From the NCBI GenBank assembly GCA_001001285.1, contig LCKG01000004.1:1957-65956 (forward strand): DNA of 64,000 nucleotides. The letters run 5' to 3'. The stretch is from Parcubacteria group bacterium GW2011_GWC1_45_13. Its GTDB lineage: Bacteria; Patescibacteriota; Minisyncoccia; UBA11713; 2-01-FULL-45-33. Within the stretch, counting starts at the first letter, position 1. Each line of letters starts with the position of its first letter. The position numbers were made by a program, and so were the translations under genes. This document shows, piece by piece, positions 37,088 through 45,403 of the stretch. The notes beneath the pieces were generated by a model, which had not been told where the DNA came from, searched no databases, and saw nothing but the letters and a program-made list of their open reading frames with translations.

Positions 37088-38740
37088 ATGGAAAAAAACC
37101 AAAAAACTGAGACCATAGATATCACACCGGATAAGAGTATTTATCACAAAATTGGGGAAGCTAATTATTCGATCTCTGATGCACTTGCAGAATTAGTAGA
37201 CAACTCAATTGATGCTGCGAATGAAGATGGCGTCGAGATATTTATTGTCTTAGATAAGAAGGGAGAAAAAATCATTGTCGAAGACAACGGGCAAGGGATG
37301 AGCAAAGAGATAGCTTCGAAGAGTCTAGTACTTGCCTATTCTAAAAAACATGATGCACTAGGCGAGTTTGGCTTGGGTTTAAAATCAGCTTGCACAAGTC
37401 TCGGAACAATTTTTGTTATAACAAGTACTCCAAAAGGCTCTGAAGAAAAATATACTCTCGAATATAATAAGGAGCAATTTTTACAATCAAGTGATTGGCA
37501 TAAGTATCCTCTTACAATCATAAAGGCTCCGAAGAATGAACACGGAACAAAAATAGAAATTAGTAGTTTGAAGATCAAATTATATGATGCACTTGTTACG
37601 CGTCTCAAGGAGGACTTAGCAAAAAGATACGGCCCATATATTGAGCATAACAATGTTGTCATTAAAGTCGGCTTGAGGAGAGAGACGGCTAAACCGTGCG
37701 TACCTAGCGAAAATAAACTAGTTCCTGACTCGAAGAAAGATTTCTCATATATGCTTTCAAAAGGAAGCACTATTACGGGTTGGTATGGTCTTTTAGAGGT
37801 TGGATCACAAAAACAAAGCGGTTTCAACCTATTCCGAAGAGGACGATTAATAAGAGCGTCTGAGAAACTTGGTTATAACTATCACCCACACCTTATGAGT
37901 GTTGCGGGGGAAATAAATTTGGATTCCGTACCAGTAACACACAATAAACGAGAATTCATTATTGAATCTAGCGAATTTAAAGAATTTATTGAAAAATTTT
38001 GGGGCGATCAAACTGAAAAATATTTGGGGTACAAAGTTAAGGGTAAAATCGATGAGATAACAAAAACCGCCAGAGATCGATCAAGCCAAGAAAAAGCGGA
38101 TAGTATGCCAGTTGAAAGAAAAGAAACAATAAAAAATAACTTATTGAATGCCCTTAACCGCCTCGATGAATTCAAAGAATTAGCTTACCCAGATCTATAT
38201 CAACCTAAAAAGAGGTCTGCAACTGGGAAGGAAGATTTTAAGGAAACCAGAGAAACTGATTTGCGAGTAGCTAAAGAAGAGGAAGTGCCGCTTACAAAGG
38301 AAGAAAGGGATCAAAGAACACCCAAAAAGACACAGCCCAAAACAGCCAAGTTTATAATGGTTGGGGGGAAAAAATTCAAATTTGATTTCTTTCTAAGAAA
38401 TCTGGGGAACGATACTATCGATAAGGAAACTATTATTAATCAAGAAAATGTTATCGAAATATATATTAACACGGGATTCAAGGGTTATGGTTTAACAAAG
38501 GATACTGATTTTTATTCTACCTTCCATATAGCGGAGGCTATTGCCGAACTTTATGTTAAAGAAGCTAATCAAAAGGTAGAAAGGATTTTTGAGCTAAGAA
38601 ATAGTCTCATATACGAAGTTGCATCTTTAATATACGAGGAAGAGGAATATAAAAGGCTTGAAAAAACTGAAAAAGAGTTGGCTGCAGTTACTGACAAAAA
38701 AAGAGAGCTTGAAGAAAAGAGAGCAAGAACGAGTTTATGA
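37088..38740 (+). CDS. GHKL (HATPase_c/MORC-like) ATPase with C-terminal coiled coil
   Basis: AELVDNSIDA, EDNGQGM, GEFGLGLK and HGTKI Bergerat boxes; S5-like region (RRGRLI, THNK). Confidence 0.9.
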   Translation: MEKNQKTETIDITPDKSIYHKIGEANYSISDALAELVDNSIDAANEDGVEIFIVLDKKGEKIIVEDNGQGMSKEIASKSLVLAYSKKHDALGEFGLGLKSACTSLGTIFVITSTPKGSEEKYTLEYNKEQFLQSSDWHKYPLTIIKAPKNEHGTKIEISSLKIKLYDALVTRLKEDLAKRYGPYIEHNNVVIKVGLRRETAKPCVPSENKLVPDSKKDFSYMLSKGSTITGWYGLLEVGSQKQSGFNLFRRGRLIRASEKLGYNYHPHLMSVAGEINLDSVPVTHNKREFIIESSEFKEFIEKFWGDQTEKYLGYKVKGKIDEITKTARDRSSQEKADSMPVERKETIKNNLLNALNRLDEFKELAYPDLYQPKKRSATGKEDFKETRETDLRVAKEEEVPLTKEERDQRTPKKTQPKTAKFIMVGGKKFKFDFFLRNLGNDTIDKETIINQENVIEIYINTGFKGYGLTKDTDFYSTFHIAEAIAELYVKEANQKVERIFELRNSLIYEVASLIYEEEEYKRLEKTEKELAAVTDKKRELEEKRARTSL

Positions 38741-38810
38741 GACCCAAAGATATAGGAAAGACAAACATAAAGGTCGATACGATAATAATAAATTATAATT
38801 TAATACCACA

Positions 38811-39233
38811 ATGAAGAAAAAAGTTTTTGTTAGCTTCGATTATGATAATGATAAGCACTACAAATATCTTCTTGAGGCATGGGACGCGAATCCTCAATTT
38901 AATTTTGTCTTCAATGACGCGACACCAGAGGAAATCGATAGCTACAATATCGGTAGAATCAAAGCGGCCTTAACCTTAAAAGTTAAGGAGGCAGACTACA
39001 CACTAGTTCTTGTAGGTAAGGAAGCGAATAAGACCCATAGACACAGTCGACTTATTGGCTTTAAAAACTGGATCAACTTTGAGGTTGCTAAGAGTAAAGA
39101 GCTTGGAAACAAAATCGTTGCCGTCAAATTAGATAGAGAGAATGAATCTCCAGAGGAGCTGCTCGACTCAGGTGCTTCTTGGGCTATGAGTTTTTCTCAA
39201 GCCGCAATTATCAAGGCATTGAATGATGCCTAA
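38811..39233 (+). CDS. TIR-domain protein (ThsB/DUF1863-like)
   Basis: KVFVSFDYDND, TLVLVG and WINFEV with the catalytic Glu. Confidence 0.9.
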   Translation: MKKKVFVSFDYDNDKHYKYLLEAWDANPQFNFVFNDATPEEIDSYNIGRIKAALTLKVKEADYTLVLVGKEANKTHRHSRLIGFKNWINFEVAKSKELGNKIVAVKLDRENESPEELLDSGASWAMSFSQAAIIKALNDA

Positions 39234-39243
39234 GTGAATATCT

Positions 39244-39849
39244 ATGAGCATAAGCGACGATAAAAAACTAGAGACGCTTAACGATCACTACAAAGATACA
39301 TTCGCTCAAATACGTGATTATATCTCACTGCGTGATAAGTTGTTGATCTGGATTCTCTTGGTAGCTGCAGTGATGTTATTCGAAGTTTTTTCTCCGAGTG
39401 AGGCCGGCTTAGCTATCGCACAATTTGCGTCCGAAAAGGTCGGCCTTAATGGAGCCTTAATTAACACCTCATTCATCGGAAGCGTCATTTGGTTTTTGAT
39501 GCTCGTTTTGACAATGAAATATTTTCAAACAGTGGGGTTAATTGAGAAACATTATGATTATATTGAAAAAGTAGAGGACGCTATAAGAAAAAACTACGAT
39601 GGAGCTACGGGAATCTTTTCTAGAGAGGGACGACACTATCTCGAAAACTATCCTCTCTTTTCTGATTGGTCGTGGCTCTTATATACGATAATTTTCCCGA
39701 TACTATTAGTCGCCGTTTTGTTATATAAAATATATAATGAGGTTTTTATTTCAGGTTGCAGCGTGATTTTCTATATAAATCTTTTAATATTTATTTGCAT
39801 AGTTACGTCAACGATTCTTTATTTAAGGATGTTGCATTTTAAAAAATAG
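39244..39849 (+). CDS. Four-TM membrane protein, putative effector
   Basis: Four hydrophobic segments; starts 10 nt after the TIR gene. Confidence 0.8.
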   Translation: MSISDDKKLETLNDHYKDTFAQIRDYISLRDKLLIWILLVAAVMLFEVFSPSEAGLAIAQFASEKVGLNGALINTSFIGSVIWFLMLVLTMKYFQTVGLIEKHYDYIEKVEDAIRKNYDGATGIFSREGRHYLENYPLFSDWSWLLYTIIFPILLVAVLLYKIYNEVFISGCSVIFYINLLIFICIVTSTILYLRMLHFKK

Positions 39850-39879
39850 TTCTCGGCCATGCGACCTTGAGCTATGAAT

Positions 39880-40170
39880 TTTGAGGGGAGGAATTTCGGC
39901 GACCAAGCGAGCCGACCAGCAGGGCGGCGAGCCAATCCGCCGGAGGCGGATATTGTGGGAAACAGCACAAGCGTGGAATGGGGGCGTAGCGGAGTGAAGT
40001 CGGGTTTGGAATTTGAGGGAGGCGAAGTCAGAATAGCGAGTAATGACAGGCGGATTTGAGAACGGAGGGTAGTCATTCCGAGGTAGGGCGAATGACTACC
40101 TGAATGACTAGGTAAATCAGTCAGGATTTTGCTCAAAATGAGTCCGAACAGTATCATAAAGACACCACCA
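39880..40170 (-). repeat. Right copy of ~290-bp inverted element
   Basis: Reverse complement matches 36672-36959. Confidence 0.88.
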
Positions 40171-40189
40171 AATTTGATTTGCATCAGAA

Positions 40190-40227
40190 TTGACCGAGCC
40201 CGCGCCAAAGGCGCGGGCGAGGTCAAT
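40190..40227. other. Strong hairpin just 3' of tRNA-Ala
   Basis: TTGACC..GCCCGCGCC-AAA-GGCGCGGGC..GGTCAA; terminator-like or repeat. Confidence 0.55.
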
Positions 40228-40248
40228 CTTTCTTCAAATTCGGAATTG

Positions 40249-40319
40249 TGGACCCGAGGGGAATCGAACCCCTATTTTCCGGATGCAAACCGGATGCTCT
40301 ACCACTAAGCTACGGGCCC
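40249..40319 (-). tRNA. tRNA-Ala(TGC)
   Basis: Acceptor GGGCCCG/CGGGTCC with G3:U70; anticodon arm TCCGG-TTTGCAT-CCGGA. Confidence 0.95.
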
Positions 40320-40329
40320 CGGGCACGAT

Positions 40330-40447
40330 TTATTTCTTGCCCATGATCCTTTCCTTTCATTGTCACCTCTTTGGGATTCACCATCGTTCTTTTTTCACGG
40401 CATTTTACACAGTAGGCAATTATTTTTTCGTCTTTATCATTTGCCAT
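40330..40447 (-). pseudogene. Internally deleted small zinc-ribbon (DUF5679-like) gene
   Basis: MANDKDEKIIAYCVKCREKRTMVNPKEVTMKGK, then RIMGKK-stop in another frame; the second CxxC is missing. Confidence 0.6.
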
Positions 40448-40579
40448 ATATTTAATATAAAAAAACGCTTATAAAACAAGTTTCGACCCTAACCTGCCGG
40501 CAGCACAGGCTTTAAAGCTGATTCTAGCACAAATACGCACAATTACTAGTCATGGACAAATAGTTATTCACAAGATGGT

Positions 40580-42016
40580 TTATCTAAGAAAACCGAGATA
40601 AGACCACCAAGGATACTTCACGTTTTTTATGTTGCCGCCCTCATCTTTTGTTGTTGTTACTTTAACGTCAACTGGGATCAGAAAAAGAAATTTTAAACGA
40701 ACGTACTCAACAATTTGAAACTCTTTTTTTATTGTGGTTTTTGCGTCGGTTGGTGGTATATATGCATGAGGCGCATCTACTTTCGGCCTCGGCGCGGGCG
40801 CGGTCTGCGGCTGCGCCGATTGATTCTGCGAGGATTGGGGTACCACCGATTTTGGAACGTTTGGGGGCAATAGCTGCGGCACTTTCGGCGCAGCGACTGA
40901 CGCTCTGGCCGAATTTTTCGGCCGGACTTCTACGCTTAATGTCCTGTTTTTTGTGGCATCGTATCCGGTTTTTGCTTTAAAGGCAGGAGTTAGATTTATA
41001 CTGACAACGTTTAACAAACTCCCGCTATTTTGAAAAGAAAGATTGAGATCCCCACTTGGAGGGAGAAGGTCGTTATCCGCGAATGCGTAATTACCGCAAG
41101 GCAGCGCCAAGGATGGATTTTTAGAAGATGTTGCGGTTATGCCATCCGCGCAGGAAATTTTCAGATTTACGCCTTTTGTGTTTTGCGTTGACCAGGAAAT
41201 TGGCAAAACTTGGCCGGGATAAGCAGGTGCAGAAACCGAAGTAGTAAAATAATTCACGACCGGATCCGGTACTATATCCGAAGCGATCGTTAAAATAAGA
41301 GTGGAGGGGTAGATGGCGTTATAAACCCCCGGCGCCATAGCGGGAATCAGGGTTAGAGTGAAAGGCAAAGGATCTACGGAAGAGTTGGTAAAATTAAGTT
41401 TTAGTGAGCCGGATTTGGCTAGATCCGGCTGAAAAATCGGCTTACCGCATGGGAGGTAAAGCCCCGCTGTATAGCTCTGTGACAATACTTTTATTTCCGG
41501 TTTGCATTCAATTGACAGGTTTACATTATCTAAATCAGTTGAGCTCCATGAAATTGTAACCGGGTCGCCGGAAACGGTAGTTGTGGTTGAAGTTGTGAAT
41601 TTTTCTATGGGCTGCTGGTTTACGCCTACCGAAATATACAAAGTCTGCCCGCCAGCGTCATAATCTTTACCAGAAGAATCTTTTGGAATCACGCGCGCGG
41701 CAACGCTGACCTGATTGCCGCTTATATTGATTACCTTGACCCCTAAGCCGTTGTTTGTCGCGACTTGAGATGTGATGCGCGTTCCGCAAGCGAGCGCGCT
41801 GTCATTTAAATATTTTAATTTAATGCCTTGGATGCACGGGATTAAAAAAGAAGAACCGAACGCATTCTCTAAAGACCATACAAAAGCAAATGGATAACCG
41901 GATGGACCCGATGCCGGAGAAACCGTAAACGACGCAACCGCCGGATTTTGAGCCAGTGAAATTAAAGGAGAAAAAACCGTTGCGACAAAAACAATCGCCG
42001 AGAACAACTTCTTCAT
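40580..42016 (-). CDS. Secreted protein with three beta-rich repeats and Pro-rich linker
   Basis: Signal peptide; three units with WS...C...CG...L.F.N; C-terminal KFLFLIPV...YPWWSYL. Confidence 0.8.
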   Translation of the reverse strand: MKKLFSAIVFVATVFSPLISLAQNPAVASFTVSPASGPSGYPFAFVWSLENAFGSSFLIPCIQGIKLKYLNDSALACGTRITSQVATNNGLGVKVINISGNQVSVAARVIPKDSSGKDYDAGGQTLYISVGVNQQPIEKFTTSTTTTVSGDPVTISWSSTDLDNVNLSIECKPEIKVLSQSYTAGLYLPCGKPIFQPDLAKSGSLKLNFTNSSVDPLPFTLTLIPAMAPGVYNAIYPSTLILTIASDIVPDPVVNYFTTSVSAPAYPGQVLPISWSTQNTKGVNLKISCADGITATSSKNPSLALPCGNYAFADNDLLPPSGDLNLSFQNSGSLLNVVSINLTPAFKAKTGYDATKNRTLSVEVRPKNSARASVAAPKVPQLLPPNVPKSVVPQSSQNQSAQPQTAPAPRPKVDAPHAYIPPTDAKTTIKKEFQIVEYVRLKFLFLIPVDVKVTTTKDEGGNIKNVKYPWWSYLGFLR

Positions 42017-42053
42017 GATTGTATTATATCACGCGTTCTATTCCAACCCCCGC

Positions 42054-42126
42054 TCCGCCCACCAGGAATCGAACCTGGAACCTTCTCCTTAAAAGGGAGC
42101 TGCTCTACCAATTGAGCTATGGGCGG
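42054..42126 (-). tRNA. tRNA-Lys(TTT)
   Basis: TAGCTCAATTGGTAGAGC, anticodon loop CTTTTAA and GGTTCGATTCC. Confidence 0.93.
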
Positions 42127-42347
42127 AGCGGGGTTTTGAATTTATCCGCAATAAAATTTTTATAGCTATAGACGGTTTTTGTATTTTACTCCATTTTTGG
42201 CCTTATTGCAATATAACCTTGGCTTTATATTTGCTACTTGACTTCTTACAGGTTATTTGCTAGACTCCGAAACAGAGTCCGAAACCAACAAAATAAGGCT
42301 AAAAACAAAGGATTTTAACTTAAACGAAGGAAAGGAAGGAGAGAGCG

Positions 42348-43589
42348 ATGAAGAAGAGAATACTAGCCGCTGTGTTCCTGTTTTTGGGATTGGGAGTCGT
42401 AGTCCCGGAAAGTCATGCCTTTCGGGTCTGGGCAACCAAACCCGAAGTGACGGTGGCAATCGAGGACGGCGACATGCTTGAAAGAGTGTGTGCCGAATTA
42501 TTGTCCAGAGGGTTCGTCCCCATCGGCATAAAAAATGCCGGCCAGTGTGGGGTTAGAACGGCTATAAACGCCTTCGGACCCCCGAAGGAAAAGTCGCTGG
42601 CTATGGCCAGGACTATAAGGGCTGGAGAGTTGTATACAATGCCCCTCCAGTCGCCGGAGCCTGTAGGCAAAGAAACCCAAAGTACCAAAACAGAGGCCGG
42701 AAAAGAGATTGGGAAAGTGGCAAAAGAGGAGAAAGAGGTCTCCCGGGTAGCGGCGTCGGCAAAAACAACTGGGCAAAAGACGGAAACATCTCAAACTGCA
42801 ATTGTCCAGAAAGAACCGGCCCAAAAATCTGCCCCGCAACCGCAAATGGTCGCTCCGGCACCGGTAGCTCCAGCGGTGGCTCCGCAAGCGACTACTAAGA
42901 CAGAAAAACCGGCGAGAAAGGACGATGCCATGGCGACAGCAGCAACAGCAAAGGTAGGAAACAATGAATTTTGGACAATAACTTGGATAACGGGCGCGTT
43001 CGGAATCTTTATCGCATTAGTGACCGGAATAGTGGTTTATCTTTTCCCTAAGCTAACTGCGAGAAAGAGGACGCAGCCAGCGAATTGGTCTGGCAATAGA
43101 CCTGACGCAGAATTTGAGCTTGGCGATGTCGGCAATACAGAACCCTCACACCCGCAAGCCACTGAAAGGCACCGGCGGGGCTCAAAAGTTATAAACCTGG
43201 TGCAGGGTTGGGTCGTGAAGAAAAAAGCCCTTGTAAAACACTTCGATGATGAGCTTAAGCAAAAAACGCTTGAGCTTGAGCAAGCTGAGTTAAAACTATA
43301 TGGCGAAACCAGAGCGGTCAAAGAGCTCCAAGAAAAACTGAGATATTTGGAGCCATTTTCCCCGGGGGTATTCACTCTCAAGTTTGACGGGAAGGAATAC
43401 CAATGCGAGCGCGCAGGATTTGCGCGCGATGAAAAGAAAGTGCCCCGTCCGCTTGTTATGTGTCCTTGGCCGAATGGGTGCAAACGACCAATCTTCGCCA
43501 AACACATAATGCGGCACCTCGCCCGCGAGCTCAAGGGCGAAAAGAGCCTTGAAGAGAGCCCCGAGGAGCCCGAGGAGAATGTAGCATAG
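42348..43589 (+). CDS. Bitopic membrane protein, LysM-like outside, coiled coil and C2H2-like inside
   Basis: SD sequence, signal peptide, Ala/Pro/Thr linker, TM and CPWPNGC...H..RH. Confidence 0.78.
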   Translation: MKKRILAAVFLFLGLGVVVPESHAFRVWATKPEVTVAIEDGDMLERVCAELLSRGFVPIGIKNAGQCGVRTAINAFGPPKEKSLAMARTIRAGELYTMPLQSPEPVGKETQSTKTEAGKEIGKVAKEEKEVSRVAASAKTTGQKTETSQTAIVQKEPAQKSAPQPQMVAPAPVAPAVAPQATTKTEKPARKDDAMATAATAKVGNNEFWTITWITGAFGIFIALVTGIVVYLFPKLTARKRTQPANWSGNRPDAEFELGDVGNTEPSHPQATERHRRGSKVINLVQGWVVKKKALVKHFDDELKQKTLELEQAELKLYGETRAVKELQEKLRYLEPFSPGVFTLKFDGKEYQCERAGFARDEKKVPRPLVMCPWPNGCKRPIFAKHIMRHLARELKGEKSLEESPEEPEENVA

Positions 43590-43753
43590 ACCTTTTTCCT
43601 GTTTTCCATTTTTGCTTAACCTGACGATGTCATTCGACATGCTGAAGGGGCGCATTTTCATTGTCGAGAATTTCATTGCCGAGAATTGAGGTAAAACTCA
43701 ATGTCGAAAGCGATGGAGAAAATGGATAAAGCGGATAAAAAAGCCTTAACGCG

Positions 43754-43790
43754 ATGCCCTTCTGGATAAAACCGGCGGGGCATTTTTTTA
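43754..43790. terminator. Intrinsic terminator-like hairpin
   Basis: ATGCCC...GGGCAT followed by a T run, between convergent genes. Confidence 0.55.
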
Positions 43791-43792
43791 TT

Positions 43793-44284
43793 TTATAGAA
43801 AAATTACTCCGAAAATAGGGAGGATTGTCCACCATCTGGCGGTAGCGGCGTCAGAAAAAAACTTCAAGGTAAGCGGGGAAAGATTCAGTAAATTATTTTT
43901 TATTAGTACCGCCGGAGCCAAACTTAATAAAGAAACCATCAAAAATCCCGCCGTCAAAATCGCGAGTATCAAAACTTCCCACCAAATGCCACTTATATAC
44001 GCCGCACCATGCAAAGCGCGCAGTAAAAAAAGAGTAAGCAAAATCAAAAGCGCCAGAAAAATTCCGGCTCTCCACATAAAAATTTCCGTCTCCGCCCTGC
44101 CTGCGGTCAATTTATCAACTGGCAAGAATGGGAATAGCGCGAGTAAAACGTAAACGGCTAAAATCATAAAAGCCATTTTTTTCTTGCCCCCCGAAATCCC
44201 CCAAAAAAATCCCCCCGCGGCTAAAAACAGCATCAGCACCATGTCCCACTGCGGATTTTTCAATAAATATAAAATTGACTGCAT
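43793..44284 (-). CDS. Hypothetical membrane protein
   Basis: Four to five hydrophobic segments. Confidence 0.75.
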   Translation of the reverse strand: MQSILYLLKNPQWDMVLMLFLAAGGFFWGISGGKKKMAFMILAVYVLLALFPFLPVDKLTAGRAETEIFMWRAGIFLALLILLTLFLLRALHGAAYISGIWWEVLILAILTAGFLMVSLLSLAPAVLIKNNLLNLSPLTLKFFSDAATARWWTILPIFGVIFL

Positions 44285-44315
44285 GAGACTATTTTAACAC
44301 AAGAGAGAGGGGTTA

Positions 44316-45401
44316 TCATAATCCCTCTTTCTCTAAATCCAAAAGTAATTTTTTTGCTTCATATGAAAGTTTTTTGGGAAGCTTGTGGTGGAGAATTATC
44401 AAAAGGTCGCCCCGGTTTCCGCGCGCCTTCGGCACGCCTTTTTGGCGAAGGCGTAAAATGTCGCTTGTTTTGGAAAGCTCCTGAATACGCACAGAAAGTT
44501 TCCCGTCCAGCGTTTCAACAATTTCCTCTCCGCCTAAAAGCATTTTTGTGAGAGGCAAATATAAGTCCATCAGAATATCAAAACCTTCTCTGCGCAAAGC
44601 GTGGTGCGGTAAAACGCGAATCCGGACATAAAGATCTCCCGCCTGCCCATTGGCAATCTCTTCCCCTGCTCCGGTAAATTTTATTGCTTCGCCGTCGCGG
44701 ATGCCCGCGGGGATATTTATATCAATGGTTTCCGATTTTTTAAAAATACCGGAGCCGCGGCAGTGCCTGCAGATTTTCTCCGGCACTTCCCCTCGCCCGC
44801 GGCAATGCGAGCACTCCGAAAGCGCGGTAAATGAGCCGAAAAGCGAACGGCGCGTCTCGCGCACTGTTCCTGTGCCGCCGCAGGTCTGGCATTTTTTGAG
44901 CGAGCTCTCCGGCTCCGCGCCGGAACCTTTGCAAATTTCGCATTTTTTTGATTTCTCAATAACCACGCTTCTCCGTCCGCCAAAAACTGATTCCTTAAAC
45001 GAAACATCAATGCCTAAAGAAATATCGCTGCCGCGCGATTGTTTTCTTCTGCCGCCACGCTCAAATCCTCCGAAACCGCCTAAAATATCTTCAAAAATAT
45101 CGCCCAAGTCCGCGCCGAATCCGCCTTGGCCGGAGAAACCTTCAAAACCAGAAAAATCAAAACCTTCAAACCCGCTTTGCGTGCCCTGTCCGGAAAAAGT
45201 CTTACCGAACTGATCGTACTGTTGGCGTTTTTGCTCGTCCCCCAAAATTTGATAGGCTTCGTTGATTTCTTTGAACTTTTTTTCGTCCCCGCTTTTTTTG
45301 TCAGGATGATGCTGATGCGCCAATTTTCGGTACGCCCTTTTTACTTCTTCTTGAGAAGCATTCTTTCGCACCCCCAAAATTTCATAATAGTCTTTAGACA
45401 T
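44316..45401 (-). CDS. dnaJ: Chaperone DnaJ
   Basis: J domain with HPD, G/F region and four CxxCxGxG repeats. Confidence 0.98.
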   Translation of the reverse strand: MSKDYYEILGVRKNASQEEVKRAYRKLAHQHHPDKKSGDEKKFKEINEAYQILGDEQKRQQYDQFGKTFSGQGTQSGFEGFDFSGFEGFSGQGGFGADLGDIFEDILGGFGGFERGGRRKQSRGSDISLGIDVSFKESVFGGRRSVVIEKSKKCEICKGSGAEPESSLKKCQTCGGTGTVRETRRSLFGSFTALSECSHCRGRGEVPEKICRHCRGSGIFKKSETIDINIPAGIRDGEAIKFTGAGEEIANGQAGDLYVRIRVLPHHALRREGFDILMDLYLPLTKMLLGGEEIVETLDGKLSVRIQELSKTSDILRLRQKGVPKARGNRGDLLIILHHKLPKKLSYEAKKLLLDLEKEGL

Positions 45402-45403
45402 TT

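Noticed and set aside
36781-40226. ORFs 36781..36987, 39819..40226 and 39874..40059
   Set aside because: They are translations of the inverted elements; indels between the two copies break the frames.
36655-40260. att-site duplication of the tRNA-Ala 3' end at the far side of the island
   Set aside because: No copy of the tRNA 3' end was found near 36655-36720, so classic tRNA integration is unsupported.
43656-43685. 15-bp tandem repeat TTTCATTG(T/C)CGAGAA
   Set aside because: Only two copies and no associated feature.
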